Part shown: positions 28,991 to 38,684 of the stretch, in pieces
Layout: every line of letters starts with the position of its first letter
Position numbering within the stretch: position 1 is the first letter of the stretch
Made by a program: the position numbers and the translations under genes
Source: an uncultured bacterium
GTDB taxonomy: Bacteria; Schekmanbacteria; GWA2-38-11; J061
Direction: 5' to 3'
Length of the DNA: 64,000 nt
Assembly: GCA_964549305.1 (NCBI GenBank)
Contig: CAZJVM010000001.1
Span: 1 to 64,000 of the forward strand
The notes under the pieces: model-generated
Database searches by the model: none
The model's input: the letters and a program-made list of their open reading frames with translations, nothing else
What the model was told of the DNA's origin: nothing

Positions 28991-30406
28991 ATGAAAAAAG
29001 AAAAAATTCCCTTTTATGAAGGCGCGGCGGTTTTTGCCGACCCAATCCATAATTATATACCTTTTACGTTACCTGTTACATCTACTGAATCTTCCGAAAA
29101 AGACCTTATAGATTCTGTATGGATTCAGAGACTTAGAAAGATTTATCAACTGCAGAGTCTGAGATGGGTTTTCCCTTCTGCTGAACACAGCAGGTTTCAG
29201 CATTCAATCGGAGCGATGCATCTTTCGGGAAGAATGGCAAAACAGCTATATCCCACTTTAATCAAAAACTGCCGGCAATGTCCTTCTCAAAATTTCATCG
29301 AAGAACTGTTGCGCGTAACGGGTCTCCTTCACGACATTGGTCACGGGCCTTTCGGACATTTTTTTGATGAAAACTTTCTCGATAAATACCGTATTACCCA
29401 CGAAGATCTCGGACAGGAAATCATAAAGAAGGAATTGTCGGGCATTATCGAAAAAATACGGCGCAGTCCTTCGGGAAAATTCAAAAAAGGAGAGGTTATA
29501 AATCCTGAATACCCCGCATTTCTCATTAAAAAACAGAATCTTAAAAAAAATAAAAAATATCCCAAGTGGCTGAGAATGCTCTCACCCCTTTTCAACGGCA
29601 TTTTTACCGTTGATAATATGGATTATGTTCTGAGAGATTCCTATATGTGCGGAGTGAAAATAGGCCCTGTGGATATCGAAAGACTGATTCATTACACCTT
29701 TTATTCGTCAATGGGGTTTACTATACATAAATCAGGCACTTCCGCGCTTACTATGTTTCTCAATGCCCGCCTTTATCTCTATTCCAATGTTTATTATCAC
29801 AGGACGACGCGCGCGATTGACCATCATTTGAGGGAGATATTCAGAAAGACGATCACATTGATATTGAGAGATGACAATCCGTTGCAGAACCTCAGGGAAT
29901 ATGAAAAACTTACCGACTGGTCTCTTTCTGAAACCGTTACCGCGTGGAAGGATTCTCCCCATGCTGAAAAGAGGGAACTTTCATCTGAGTGGTCTGCCAT
30001 ACTTCTGAGAAAACCAAAATGGAAGCTTGCTTTTGATTATACACGCACTGCGGATCTCATGAAAGCGGGGATACCTGTTATAAGCGAAAAAGAATGGAGT
30101 GAAAGGATAAGAGAACAACTCCCTGAGAAGCTGAAAGAACTTCCTTTTTCAGTGGATGTGCAGGAACAGGACCCTCGTCCCGAAAATCCCATGTCTATGG
30201 GCAATCAGCAAATATTCGTTTATGACCCTAATTCCGGAAAAATATCAAAGGAAGCGCTCCTTAAACTTTTTGAATTCATTCCATCTAAGGTGTTTCACTA
30301 CAGGGTTTTTGCGCTTGACCATAAAAACGACAAAATCCTCGGGAAAATTGCTATGTCTTCCCTCGGTTACTCGGGAAAAATCCAGAAAACGGAAACCAAT
30401 ATTTAA
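28991..30406 (+). CDS. HD-domain phosphohydrolase (dNTP triphosphohydrolase-like, YwfO/SAMHD1-type)
   Basis: DPIH, QRLRKIYQL, HSRFQHSIG, LLHDIGHGPFGH, DNMDYVLRD, VYYHRT. Confidence 0.88.
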   Translation: MKKEKIPFYEGAAVFADPIHNYIPFTLPVTSTESSEKDLIDSVWIQRLRKIYQLQSLRWVFPSAEHSRFQHSIGAMHLSGRMAKQLYPTLIKNCRQCPSQNFIEELLRVTGLLHDIGHGPFGHFFDENFLDKYRITHEDLGQEIIKKELSGIIEKIRRSPSGKFKKGEVINPEYPAFLIKKQNLKKNKKYPKWLRMLSPLFNGIFTVDNMDYVLRDSYMCGVKIGPVDIERLIHYTFYSSMGFTIHKSGTSALTMFLNARLYLYSNVYYHRTTRAIDHHLREIFRKTITLILRDDNPLQNLREYEKLTDWSLSETVTAWKDSPHAEKRELSSEWSAILLRKPKWKLAFDYTRTADLMKAGIPVISEKEWSERIREQLPEKLKELPFSVDVQEQDPRPENPMSMGNQQIFVYDPNSGKISKEALLKLFEFIPSKVFHYRVFALDHKNDKILGKIAMSSLGYSGKIQKTETNI

Positions 30407-30409
30407 TAT

Positions 30410-31330
30410 ATGCCTATCCCGGAGACTAAGAATATCAGGGCATCGATAGATTTAGGTACAAATTCCGCGCTTCTTCTAATTGCGAGAGTGGAAGGAAAAA
30501 ATATCGAAACCATTCGCGAAGAATTGAGAATATGCAGAATAGGCGAAGGAGTCGATGCCTCGGGTATTCTCAGCGCAAAAGCAATTCAAAGAACAATCAG
30601 AGTACTTCGGGAGTATAAAAATATTGCGATCGAATATGGCGTCTCAGATATAATAATAGGCGCAACAAGCGCTGTAAGAGATGGAAGTAATTCAATTACT
30701 TTTATCAATAAAGTTAAAGCGGAACTTGATCTTGATATAGAGGTGATTTCAGGGCAGAGGGAAGCCGAATTATGTTTTCTCGCTTCATCGGGCACTATTC
30801 CGGAATCTTGCCAAAGTGCCCTTGTAACAGATATAGGGGGAGGAAGTACCGAATTTATATCCGGAATAAGAGGGGAAATTAAAAATCTTGTGAGCTGCCA
30901 GTTCGGGTCCGTTCGCCTTACGGAAGAATATATTCATCATAATCCTCCGAAAAAAAATGAAATTTCAGACATGAAGAAACATATAGAAAATGAGCTTTCT
31001 TCAATGAAAAGAGAGAAGTGGAGAGCGGAATGTCTTATAGGTGTGGCAGGCACAGTAACTACCATTGCTCAGATGATACAGGAGAGCCCTGAATACAGGC
31101 GTGATGAAATCGAAGGTTTTAGGATAAGCTCAGAGAGTCTTTCATCACTTATTGATAGAATTTCTTTCGTTACGACACAAGAGAGAAAAAAATTTGCCGG
31201 TCTTCATCCCGCCCGAGCAGATGTAATTGTAAGCGGAGCGGTGATATTAAAGGAAATTATGGATTATTTCGGCTATAACGAAACGATTACGAGCACAAGA
31301 GGACTGCGCTACGGGCTTTTAATGAAATAA
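30410..31330 (+). CDS. ppx: Ppx/GppA family exopolyphosphatase (short form)
   Basis: ASIDLGTNS, ATSAVRD, ISGQREA, DIGGGSTE, GSVRLTE, RADVIVSG, GLRYG. Confidence 0.9.
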   Translation: MPIPETKNIRASIDLGTNSALLLIARVEGKNIETIREELRICRIGEGVDASGILSAKAIQRTIRVLREYKNIAIEYGVSDIIIGATSAVRDGSNSITFINKVKAELDLDIEVISGQREAELCFLASSGTIPESCQSALVTDIGGGSTEFISGIRGEIKNLVSCQFGSVRLTEEYIHHNPPKKNEISDMKKHIENELSSMKREKWRAECLIGVAGTVTTIAQMIQESPEYRRDEIEGFRISSESLSSLIDRISFVTTQERKKFAGLHPARADVIVSGAVILKEIMDYFGYNETITSTRGLRYGLLMK

Positions 31331-31439
31331 GAGGAATGTTATCAATGTTCATTTATTTTACAATATAGTGAAAGTAATTTTACAAAATGATTTTAATAAA
31401 CGCCCTAAACACTTAACCTTTTTATGGAGGGTCGCACAG

Positions 31440-32486
31440 ATGAGAAAACAGATTTTCACAATGCTTTGCTGTATGCTTGTTCTAACATTGGTATTTGCCT
31501 GCGCGCCGGCAAAAAAAACGGAGGACGCGAAGGTCGTCAAAAGCGCCGAAGATTATACATTTGAAAATGAATTTCCTGTGACGCATATTCCCAATTTTCC
31601 CCGTGCCGCGGAATCATATTTTTCACCTGACGGAAAGAGCATAATATGTCAGGCGAAGATGGACGGAGATACTTCCTACCATGCCTATACGGGAACTATA
31701 ACAGGCGAAAACATAAAGAAAATCAATGACAAAGGGGAAGATGCCTGTAACTTTTATTTTCCCGACGGGACGAAAATCGCGTGGACATCCACACGTGACA
31801 ACCTTGATATGCCCAAAGGCGATTGGTCGGATTCGACACAGTATCCCGAAGGCGCGGAATTATATATATCCGACCTTGACGGCAATAATATAACGAGAAT
31901 TACTGACAATAAATATTATGATGCGGAAGTTTCCGTTTCTCCAGATGGCAAATGGATTCTCTTTGGAAGGCAGATTAACGGTGAAATGGATTTATGGCGG
32001 ATGAAATCCGACGGCACCGAAGAGATGCAGGTGACGCACACACCGGTTTGGCAGGAAGGCGGAGCTTTTTATATGCCCGATTCGGAGACTATACTTTATC
32101 GTGCGTGGAAGAAGGAATATGATTCACAAAGAAGAAAACCGATGACAATTTTCACTATAAAGCACGACGGAACGGGCCATAAACAGATAACTCACGATGA
32201 CGAAACCAATTGGGCGCCTTATCCCCATCCGGACGGAGTGCATTTCGCTTTTGTAAAGGTTTTACCTCCTTCGGATCCCGCGATTCCTATGCCAAATTTT
32301 GAAATCTATATGATGAATCTTGAAACAGGGAAGCAGACAAGGATGACCTATGACGATGGATTCGACGGTTTCCCCTCAATTTCTCCAGACGGTAAAACAC
32401 TGATGTTTTCATCGAGCAGGGCAGCGACTTCAACTGAAAGAGCTCTGAAACTTTTCCTTATGGATATAAGCAATTTCAAGGACTGA
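31440..32486 (+). CDS. TolB-like beta-propeller (PD40 repeat) lipoprotein
   Basis: GGAGG SD then ATG 31440; lipobox LVFAC; repeats FSPDGK, FPDGT, VSPDGK, PHPDG, ISPDGK. Confidence 0.82.
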   Translation: MRKQIFTMLCCMLVLTLVFACAPAKKTEDAKVVKSAEDYTFENEFPVTHIPNFPRAAESYFSPDGKSIICQAKMDGDTSYHAYTGTITGENIKKINDKGEDACNFYFPDGTKIAWTSTRDNLDMPKGDWSDSTQYPEGAELYISDLDGNNITRITDNKYYDAEVSVSPDGKWILFGRQINGEMDLWRMKSDGTEEMQVTHTPVWQEGGAFYMPDSETILYRAWKKEYDSQRRKPMTIFTIKHDGTGHKQITHDDETNWAPYPHPDGVHFAFVKVLPPSDPAIPMPNFEIYMMNLETGKQTRMTYDDGFDGFPSISPDGKTLMFSSSRAATSTERALKLFLMDISNFKD

Positions 32487-32510
32487 TTTCAGTTCAAGAA
32501 AACGACGTAT

Positions 32511-32547
32511 AAAAAAATAGGGGACATAGCTGTCCCCCATTTTTTTT
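32511..32547. terminator. Bidirectional intrinsic terminator
   Basis: A-tract, stem GGGGACA-TAGC-TGTCCCC, T-tract; lies between convergent genes. Confidence 0.85.
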
Positions 32548-32559
32548 GGTGACAATAGG

Positions 32560-33537
32560 TTACGTAAGGCACTTCAATATTTCCTCTACAAGGGGTTTAC
32601 TCCCCACATAGAGGGCAGTGCGTTGATGATGTTTTTCCGGTACTATATCGAGAATAGGCATGCCGTTTTCATCGATTGCCGTACCACCTGCCTCTCTGCA
32701 CATAAATGAAACTACTGATGCCTCGTACATTAATCTGAGTTTTCCCTGCGGTCTGTTTTTTTCAGGATTGAGATGATTGACGATGGCGGGATACATAAAC
32801 ATTCCGCCGTTTCCAAGCAAGCGGTGAAAGTCTCCCGCTAAAGCGCCAAGATAACGAAAAGCGTATTTCTTTTCATTCTCGCTAATCCAATTTTGAACGG
32901 ACTCTTTAAATGTATAACGGTTTGCCGCGTTAAAGGAAAGTTCCCATTTCTTTCTGTCATCAGGAAGAAATACGCGTACCGGTTTTACAAATGTCATTGT
33001 TTCGTCAATATGAAAACGCCAGCACCCCGCATCCCTGAGGGCAATGGTAAATGTTCCAGTCGGTATTACGAACATTCCAGAAGCGATATAGTCATTTCCC
33101 GCTCTCAGATGACCGTCTTCAGCGCCTTCAAGATTGCGTTTTGCTATTCCGAACATAAATCCCACGGGCAGCATATGTGATACATTCGATGAACCGTCCA
33201 GTGGGTCGAAATAAATAAAGTACCTTCCGCTTCCCGTATCCATCGGGATGATGTTCTCCGCTTCTTCGCTGACCGCGTGAATGACTCTTTTGGATGATTT
33301 GAGATAGTGGATTACTATTTCGTGGGCAATCTGGTCCATTCTGAGTACATTTTCACCTTGAACGTTTATTGTGCCCGCACCGCCGAGATTTCCCCTCAGC
33401 GCGCCTGTTACATAGTAGTGCTGAATATGTTTTGCCGCGCTTAAGATGGCATCCATAAGAATGAGAAAGTGATATGTGCGATTGTATTTTTCCTGATGGT
33501 GGTAAAGAAAATTCATAAATGTTTGTTCGAATTCCAT
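32560..33537 (-). CDS. fbp: Fructose-1,6-bisphosphatase class 1
   Basis: NVQGE, VSEE, FDPLDGSSN, RYLGALAGDFHRLL, GKLRLMYEA, HQRT. Confidence 0.9.
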   Translation of the reverse strand: MEFEQTFMNFLYHHQEKYNRTYHFLILMDAILSAAKHIQHYYVTGALRGNLGGAGTINVQGENVLRMDQIAHEIVIHYLKSSKRVIHAVSEEAENIIPMDTGSGRYFIYFDPLDGSSNVSHMLPVGFMFGIAKRNLEGAEDGHLRAGNDYIASGMFVIPTGTFTIALRDAGCWRFHIDETMTFVKPVRVFLPDDRKKWELSFNAANRYTFKESVQNWISENEKKYAFRYLGALAGDFHRLLGNGGMFMYPAIVNHLNPEKNRPQGKLRLMYEASVVSFMCREAGGTAIDENGMPILDIVPEKHHQRTALYVGSKPLVEEILKCLT

Positions 33538-33793
33538 CGCGTCTCTCCCCTCAATTTAGATTTTCTCGGATTGTTTTGAATGAATAATATTAACAATTAA
33601 AAAAAAATTATAATCGGAAAATCCGGATAAAAATACAGTAATAATTGCCTTTTTGTAAAACAACGCCTATCAAAAATCAACCTGTTAAATGATTTTGCCG
33701 CCACATACGTTTCCGATTTAAATTGACATAATTACTTGATGAAATTTAAAGGCGGTTCTGTTAGAATACAGCTAATTAATTAACGGGGTATAT

Positions 33794-34903
33794 ATGCGCA
33801 TTATAGACAGGTATGTAGTAAGAGAATTTCTAAAGTATCTTGCCACGACACTTTTCGCGTTCGTTGCAATCTATTTCATAATAGACATTTTCGAAAGAGT
33901 GGACGATATAATAGAGCACAGCGTGCCATTATCCGTTGCTCTCAAGTATTATGTCTATAAATTTCCATATATGTGTTTCAATGTTTTTCCCTTTACGCTC
34001 TTGTTTGCGTCTCTTCTGACTGTGCGTCAGTTTGTGGCAAATAATGAAGTTGTCGCCATAACGGCAAGCGCAATAAGTCCATACCGTTTTCTCTTTCCCA
34101 TTGTAATAATAGGTGTTGTTTTTGCCGTTTTCATCTTTGCCGTAAACGAGATGATACTACCCTATACGAACGAAAAGTATGAAGAATACGGCTATACCAT
34201 AAGAGGTAAAATGGACCCCGCATACCGTCCCTCAAATGATAAAGTGCAGGAGAGATGGTACAGGGGAGACAAGAATACCTTTTATAATATGGATATTCTT
34301 ATCAAATCCACTCAGGAGGTGCAGAAACTTACCATTTATAAGGTTGGTGAAAATTTTGAGCTGAAAGAAAGAATCGATGCCGACAGAGCAAGATACAGAA
34401 ATGACAAATGGATTTTCAAGAACGGTATTTCGCGAAAATTCAGAAAGGATAACTGGGTCGTGAAGGATGAGTTTGAAAAGGAAGCAAAGGAAATTCCCCA
34501 AAAGTTCGAAGATTTTCTTAAGACGGAAAAAGACCCGGAATCTATGTCGTATCTGGAGCTTAAAAGATATCTCGAAAGAATCAAAAAGGGCGGTATAGCG
34601 CCCAATCAGTCAATAAAGTATCTTGTGGATTTATACAGCAAGTTTTCAATTCCGGCATCCGCGGCGGTTATGACCCTTCTCGGCATTCCTTTTGCCATAA
34701 GAAGCAGGCGTTTCAGGGGGGCAATGTCGGGTATCGCTTTAAGCATAGGAATAGGGTTTTCCTACTGGATAATCTTCTATCTTTTCGTCTCTCTCGGACA
34801 CGGGGGAAAACTTCCCGCCATACTTGCCGCATTCGGTCCCGTTTTTATTTTTTTGGGACTGGGGTTCTATATGTTTTCAGACCTTAACCGCAGAATTATC
34901 TGA
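33794..34903 (+). CDS. lptG: LPS export ABC permease (LptF/LptG family), LptG-like
   Basis: MRIIDRYVVREF start, NNEVVAI, periplasmic domain, PESMSYLEL, 3+3 TM layout. Confidence 0.85.
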   Translation: MRIIDRYVVREFLKYLATTLFAFVAIYFIIDIFERVDDIIEHSVPLSVALKYYVYKFPYMCFNVFPFTLLFASLLTVRQFVANNEVVAITASAISPYRFLFPIVIIGVVFAVFIFAVNEMILPYTNEKYEEYGYTIRGKMDPAYRPSNDKVQERWYRGDKNTFYNMDILIKSTQEVQKLTIYKVGENFELKERIDADRARYRNDKWIFKNGISRKFRKDNWVVKDEFEKEAKEIPQKFEDFLKTEKDPESMSYLELKRYLERIKKGGIAPNQSIKYLVDLYSKFSIPASAAVMTLLGIPFAIRSRRFRGAMSGIALSIGIGFSYWIIFYLFVSLGHGGKLPAILAAFGPVFIFLGLGFYMFSDLNRRII

Positions 34904-34904
34904 C

Positions 34905-35414
34905 CTATATGTAATCCTTTATCAGGTTTACATAGTTTTTCGCTCCCTGAAGAATTGCCTTTATTTCGTCGTCAGACAGTTTCCTTTTAGCTTTTGCGGG
35001 TATTCCCACAAGGAGTGTGCCCGGTTCGATTCTGCTATGTTCCGGCACTACTGCGCCTGCGCCTATTATGCACCCCTCTGCTATGTGGGCATCGTCGAGG
35101 ATTATGGCGCCCATTCCGATTAAACAATTGTTTCCTATTTTGCACCCGTGCAAAATGGCACCGTGTCCCACTGTCACATTGTCTCCCACAATCAGAGGAT
35201 ATGTGTCGGTAGTTACGTGAAGAAGGCATCCATCCTGAATATTGGTCATATCACCGATTTTTATGTAATTTACATCTCCGCGCGCTACGGTTTTATACCA
35301 GATGCTCGATTTTTTCCCGACGGTAACATCGCCGATTATGTCGGCGCTTTCGGCAATGAAAGCCGATGAATCTATCGAAGGTTTTATATCCTTATAGGAA
35401 AGAATCATATTCAT
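34905..35414 (-). CDS. Gamma carbonic anhydrase family protein (hexapeptide repeats)
   Basis: IIGDV, ARGDVNYIKIG, NIQDGCLLH, VTVGHGAILHGC, IGMGA. Confidence 0.92.
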   Translation of the reverse strand: MNMILSYKDIKPSIDSSAFIAESADIIGDVTVGKKSSIWYKTVARGDVNYIKIGDMTNIQDGCLLHVTTDTYPLIVGDNVTVGHGAILHGCKIGNNCLIGMGAIILDDAHIAEGCIIGAGAVVPEHSRIEPGTLLVGIPAKAKRKLSDDEIKAILQGAKNYVNLIKDYI

Positions 35415-35587
35415 TTCTCCTCTGTCATTTTACGGAATCATTGAATTATAATAATTGCATAATAGACGTCAGTTTTTATCACGGTATTGCAAATTTACGA
35501 AGATATTTTTTTGACGCCGACGCCTGATTAAGGATATGAAATTAAATCTCTGTTGTCTTTAATGAGGGAATTTTGCTAATTTACGGT

Positions 35588-36487
35588 ATGACAAATGTTA
35601 TGAAATATATATCCGACTATATGGAATTCCTCGATGTTGAAAAAGGGCTTTCCGCAAATACCATTGCTTCCTACAAAAACGACCTTAACGGGTTTGTATT
35701 GTCGATAGAAAAAAAGAGAAGGAATAATGTCAGAGCGATCACTTCGTCGGATATAAGATTATATATAGCATCCCTGAGAGAAAGGGAACTTGCCGTTACG
35801 TCGATTACGAGAAAGGTTGTATCTTTAAGGAACTTTTTTAAATATCTCGTCAAGGAGAAGGCAATCGACAATGACCCGGCATCTAAAATAGAAAATCCCA
35901 GACCCTGGAGAAAACTTCCGGATGTACTCAGTATTGAAGAGGTTGAATCGATATTGGCAATTCCCGATGAAAGCTCAATTCTGGGGTTGAGAGACAGAGC
36001 AATACTGGAACTTCTTTATTCCTGTGGACTGAGAGTTTCCGAACTTACTTTTCTGCTCGTAAACGATATAGACCTTGAATCCGGTCTTTTGAAAGCTACG
36101 GGGAAGGGGAATAAAGAGCGTCTTGTACCCGTTGGCGAAGAGGCACTTGAAATGGTTTCGAAATATCTTTCAACTGCGAGACATTCTCTTCAAAAAAATG
36201 ATATAACATCCAGAAAAATATTTTTAAACAGGTCGGGCAGAGGTCTTACAAGGCAGGCAGTATGGAAACTGTTGAAAAAGTACTGCCTTTTAGCCGACGT
36301 AAGGAAAAAAGTTACTCCTCACACCTTAAGACATTCCTTTGCGACGCATATGATAGAAAGAGGCGCTGATTTGCGTTCCGTGCAGATGCTTCTGGGACAT
36401 TCCGATATATCCACGACCCAGATATACACACATATATCACTGACTAGAATGAAGGAAGTTTACAAGAAGTTTCATCCAAGATCCTGA
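35588..36487 (+). CDS. xerD: Site-specific tyrosine recombinase XerD
   Basis: EKGLSANTIASY, RDRAILELLYSCGLRVSEL, GKGNKER, HTLRHSFATH, LGHSDISTTQIYTH, HPR end. Start uncertain (35573-35600). Confidence 0.92.
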   Translation: MTNVMKYISDYMEFLDVEKGLSANTIASYKNDLNGFVLSIEKKRRNNVRAITSSDIRLYIASLRERELAVTSITRKVVSLRNFFKYLVKEKAIDNDPASKIENPRPWRKLPDVLSIEEVESILAIPDESSILGLRDRAILELLYSCGLRVSELTFLLVNDIDLESGLLKATGKGNKERLVPVGEEALEMVSKYLSTARHSLQKNDITSRKIFLNRSGRGLTRQAVWKLLKKYCLLADVRKKVTPHTLRHSFATHMIERGADLRSVQMLLGHSDISTTQIYTHISLTRMKEVYKKFHPRS

Positions 36488-36496
36488 AGAGCACAG

Positions 36497-37702
36497 ATGA
36501 AGAAAAATTTATTAAAAAAAATAAGAAGATATATTGTTTACGTTGCTGTCCTAATCTTCAGGTGTGCAGTTTCTCCTTTATCCTTCGGAGCAAAAAGCGG
36601 GTTGGGCGCGATTTTAGGATTCCTTTCATATTTGTTTCTTAAAAAGTCGCGAAATATCGCCATGAATAATGTGAGAAGGGCATTCCCCGGAATTGATGGG
36701 AGAAAAGCGGAAAGCATTGTAAGGGAGTCCTTTAAAAATATGGGAAGAAACATCCTTGAAGCGATTCATTTGGAGGGGATGTCTCCGGCGGAAGTAAAAA
36801 ATATGACGGAATATGAGGGGCTTGAAAAAATTAATGAAGCGATGAAAGAAGGGAAAGGAGTAATCGTAATAACGGGACACATCGGGAACTGGGAATTTTT
36901 TCAATCTGCTATGTCGTCTCTCGGATATTCCTCGACAGTGTTAGCGCAAAGATATTCAAATCCCTATATAGACAAGATGATAACAAAAATCAGAAATGCT
37001 TCAGGCACAAAGGTAATTATTAGAAGAAGGGGAAAGGAAAGGGAGTTGATGAAGGGAGTCTTAAGCGCGTTATCAGAAGGCGATGCCCTTGGGATTCTTA
37101 TGGACCATTACACGAAGAAAGGCGGGATTGCGGTGCCTTTCCTTAAGGGGGAAACAAGCGCGCCGGCAGGTCCCGCGCTTTTTGCCATGCGTACAGGCGC
37201 ACCGGTAATATTCGGATATGCAATGAGGATGAGAGAAGGTAAGTTTAAAGTTAAATTCACGAACCCCCTTAAAATTGTAAAAGGAAAAAACCGCGATGTG
37301 GCACTCGCCGTCAACACCTCGAAGTTTATTCAGGCAATTGAAGAGGAGATACTTAACTATCCGCGCCAATGGGCATGGATGCATAAATTTGCGAGAAAGC
37401 ACAGAAAAAGCGTAAAGCGTGTTGATTACGGGAAATTGCCTAAAGTGGTAATATACTCAAAAAAGGAGTGTTGCCTTTGTGACGAAGCAAAAGATATTAT
37501 TAAGGAAATATCCCGTAGATTTCCTTTGAACGTTGAAGAGGTGAATATTTCAGATGATGAAGAAAAAATGGAAAAATACGGAAGAGAAGTCCCCGTTGTT
37601 TTTATAGAAGGGAAAAAATTATTTAAATTAAAGGTTGAGAAGAATCGTTTCCAGGATAGAATTGCCGAGTGCCTTTATAATTTGAATTCCGAAAATGCCT
37701 AA
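36497..37702 (+). CDS. Lipid A lauroyl/acyltransferase (LpxL/HtrB family) fused to a C-terminal glutaredoxin-like (DUF836-type) domain
   Basis: ITGHIGNWE, GILMDH, VPFL, QWAWMH; then VVIYSKKECCLCDEAK...KYGREVPVVFIEG in the same frame. Confidence 0.85.
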   Translation: MKKNLLKKIRRYIVYVAVLIFRCAVSPLSFGAKSGLGAILGFLSYLFLKKSRNIAMNNVRRAFPGIDGRKAESIVRESFKNMGRNILEAIHLEGMSPAEVKNMTEYEGLEKINEAMKEGKGVIVITGHIGNWEFFQSAMSSLGYSSTVLAQRYSNPYIDKMITKIRNASGTKVIIRRRGKERELMKGVLSALSEGDALGILMDHYTKKGGIAVPFLKGETSAPAGPALFAMRTGAPVIFGYAMRMREGKFKVKFTNPLKIVKGKNRDVALAVNTSKFIQAIEEEILNYPRQWAWMHKFARKHRKSVKRVDYGKLPKVVIYSKKECCLCDEAKDIIKEISRRFPLNVEEVNISDDEEKMEKYGREVPVVFIEGKKLFKLKVEKNRFQDRIAECLYNLNSENA

Positions 37703-38429
37703 TTACAAATTAAAGATACAATATGACGGGACCGTTTATGCCGGATGGCAGATTCAACCCCATGAAATGACTATCGAAAAAGTGATTGCCGATGTCATTG
37801 AAGAAATATTTCACGAGAAGATAAAGCTCATAGGGGCATCCCGAACCGATGCAGGAGTCCATTCAAGGGGGCAAACCGCGAATTTTCACATTTCAAAAGA
37901 GATTGATTTATTTACACTGAAGAAAGGTGTCAACGCGCTTCTTCCCGATGACATATCAATACAAAGCGCGGAAAGGGTTGATGATAATTTTCACGCACGA
38001 TTCAGCTCGAAAGGTAAGATATATAAATACTATATTTGGAACAGAGATTATAAAACTCCTTTTTATTCACTATACTCGTGGCATATTTTAAAGCGCCTCG
38101 ATATGGAGGCGATGAAAGCGGCATCTCGTTTTTTAAAAGGTGAGAAAGATTTTTCGTCTTTCAAGGCGTCAGGTTGCGATGCTAAATCTCCCGTAAGGCG
38201 GATAGATTCTTTTGACATCAGGAGTGAAGATGGTTTTGTCGTGTGTACCATAGAAGGAAGCGGTTTTTTAAAACAGATGGTAAGAAATATCGTGGGTACA
38301 TTGGTTGAAATCGGTACAGGAAGGATGACTCCCGTGGATATGGTGCACATTCTCGAAGTCCGCGACAGAAAAGCAGCAGGTCCCACTGCCCCTGGACGGG
38401 GACTGGTGCTTGTCAAGGTAAAGTATTAG
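37695..38429 (+). CDS. truA: tRNA pseudouridine(38-40) synthase
   Basis: YDGTVYAGWQIQ, GASRTDAGVH, FHARFS, GFLKQMVR, AGPTAPGRGL. Confidence 0.96.
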   Translation: MPNYKLKIQYDGTVYAGWQIQPHEMTIEKVIADVIEEIFHEKIKLIGASRTDAGVHSRGQTANFHISKEIDLFTLKKGVNALLPDDISIQSAERVDDNFHARFSSKGKIYKYYIWNRDYKTPFYSLYSWHILKRLDMEAMKAASRFLKGEKDFSSFKASGCDAKSPVRRIDSFDIRSEDGFVVCTIEGSGFLKQMVRNIVGTLVEIGTGRMTPVDMVHILEVRDRKAAGPTAPGRGLVLVKVKY

Positions 38430-38558
38430 TATGCACTGTCTGTAAAAGGAAAAACTTTTTCCGAAGGGAAATGCACATATAAAACGGTATGGAAATACAA
38501 TTCCAAAAAATATTATGGACAACGCCTGTCTTCTTTAGTATATATGAAAACTTGACTA

Positions 38559-38630
38559 AGGCACGTAGCTCAGCGGGAGAGCGCTGCCCTGACGCGGCAG
38601 AGGTCAGGGGTTCGAAACCCCTCGTGCCTA
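38559..38630 (+). tRNA. tRNA-Val(GAC), CCA not encoded
   Basis: Acceptor AGGCACG/CGTGCCT, D arm GCTC/GAGC, anticodon arm CTGCC-CTGACGC-GGCAG, T arm AGGGG-TTCGAAA-CCCCT, discriminator A. Confidence 0.95.
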
Positions 38631-38684
38631 AGATGCGAGTTATTTCGGGGGGACTATGGGAGATATTAAAACGGTAGTTAATGT

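Noticed and set aside
35573-36487. Tyrosine recombinase as a prophage or island integrase
   Set aside because: The sequence is typical chromosomal XerD among housekeeping genes, with no att repeats, phage genes or cargo.
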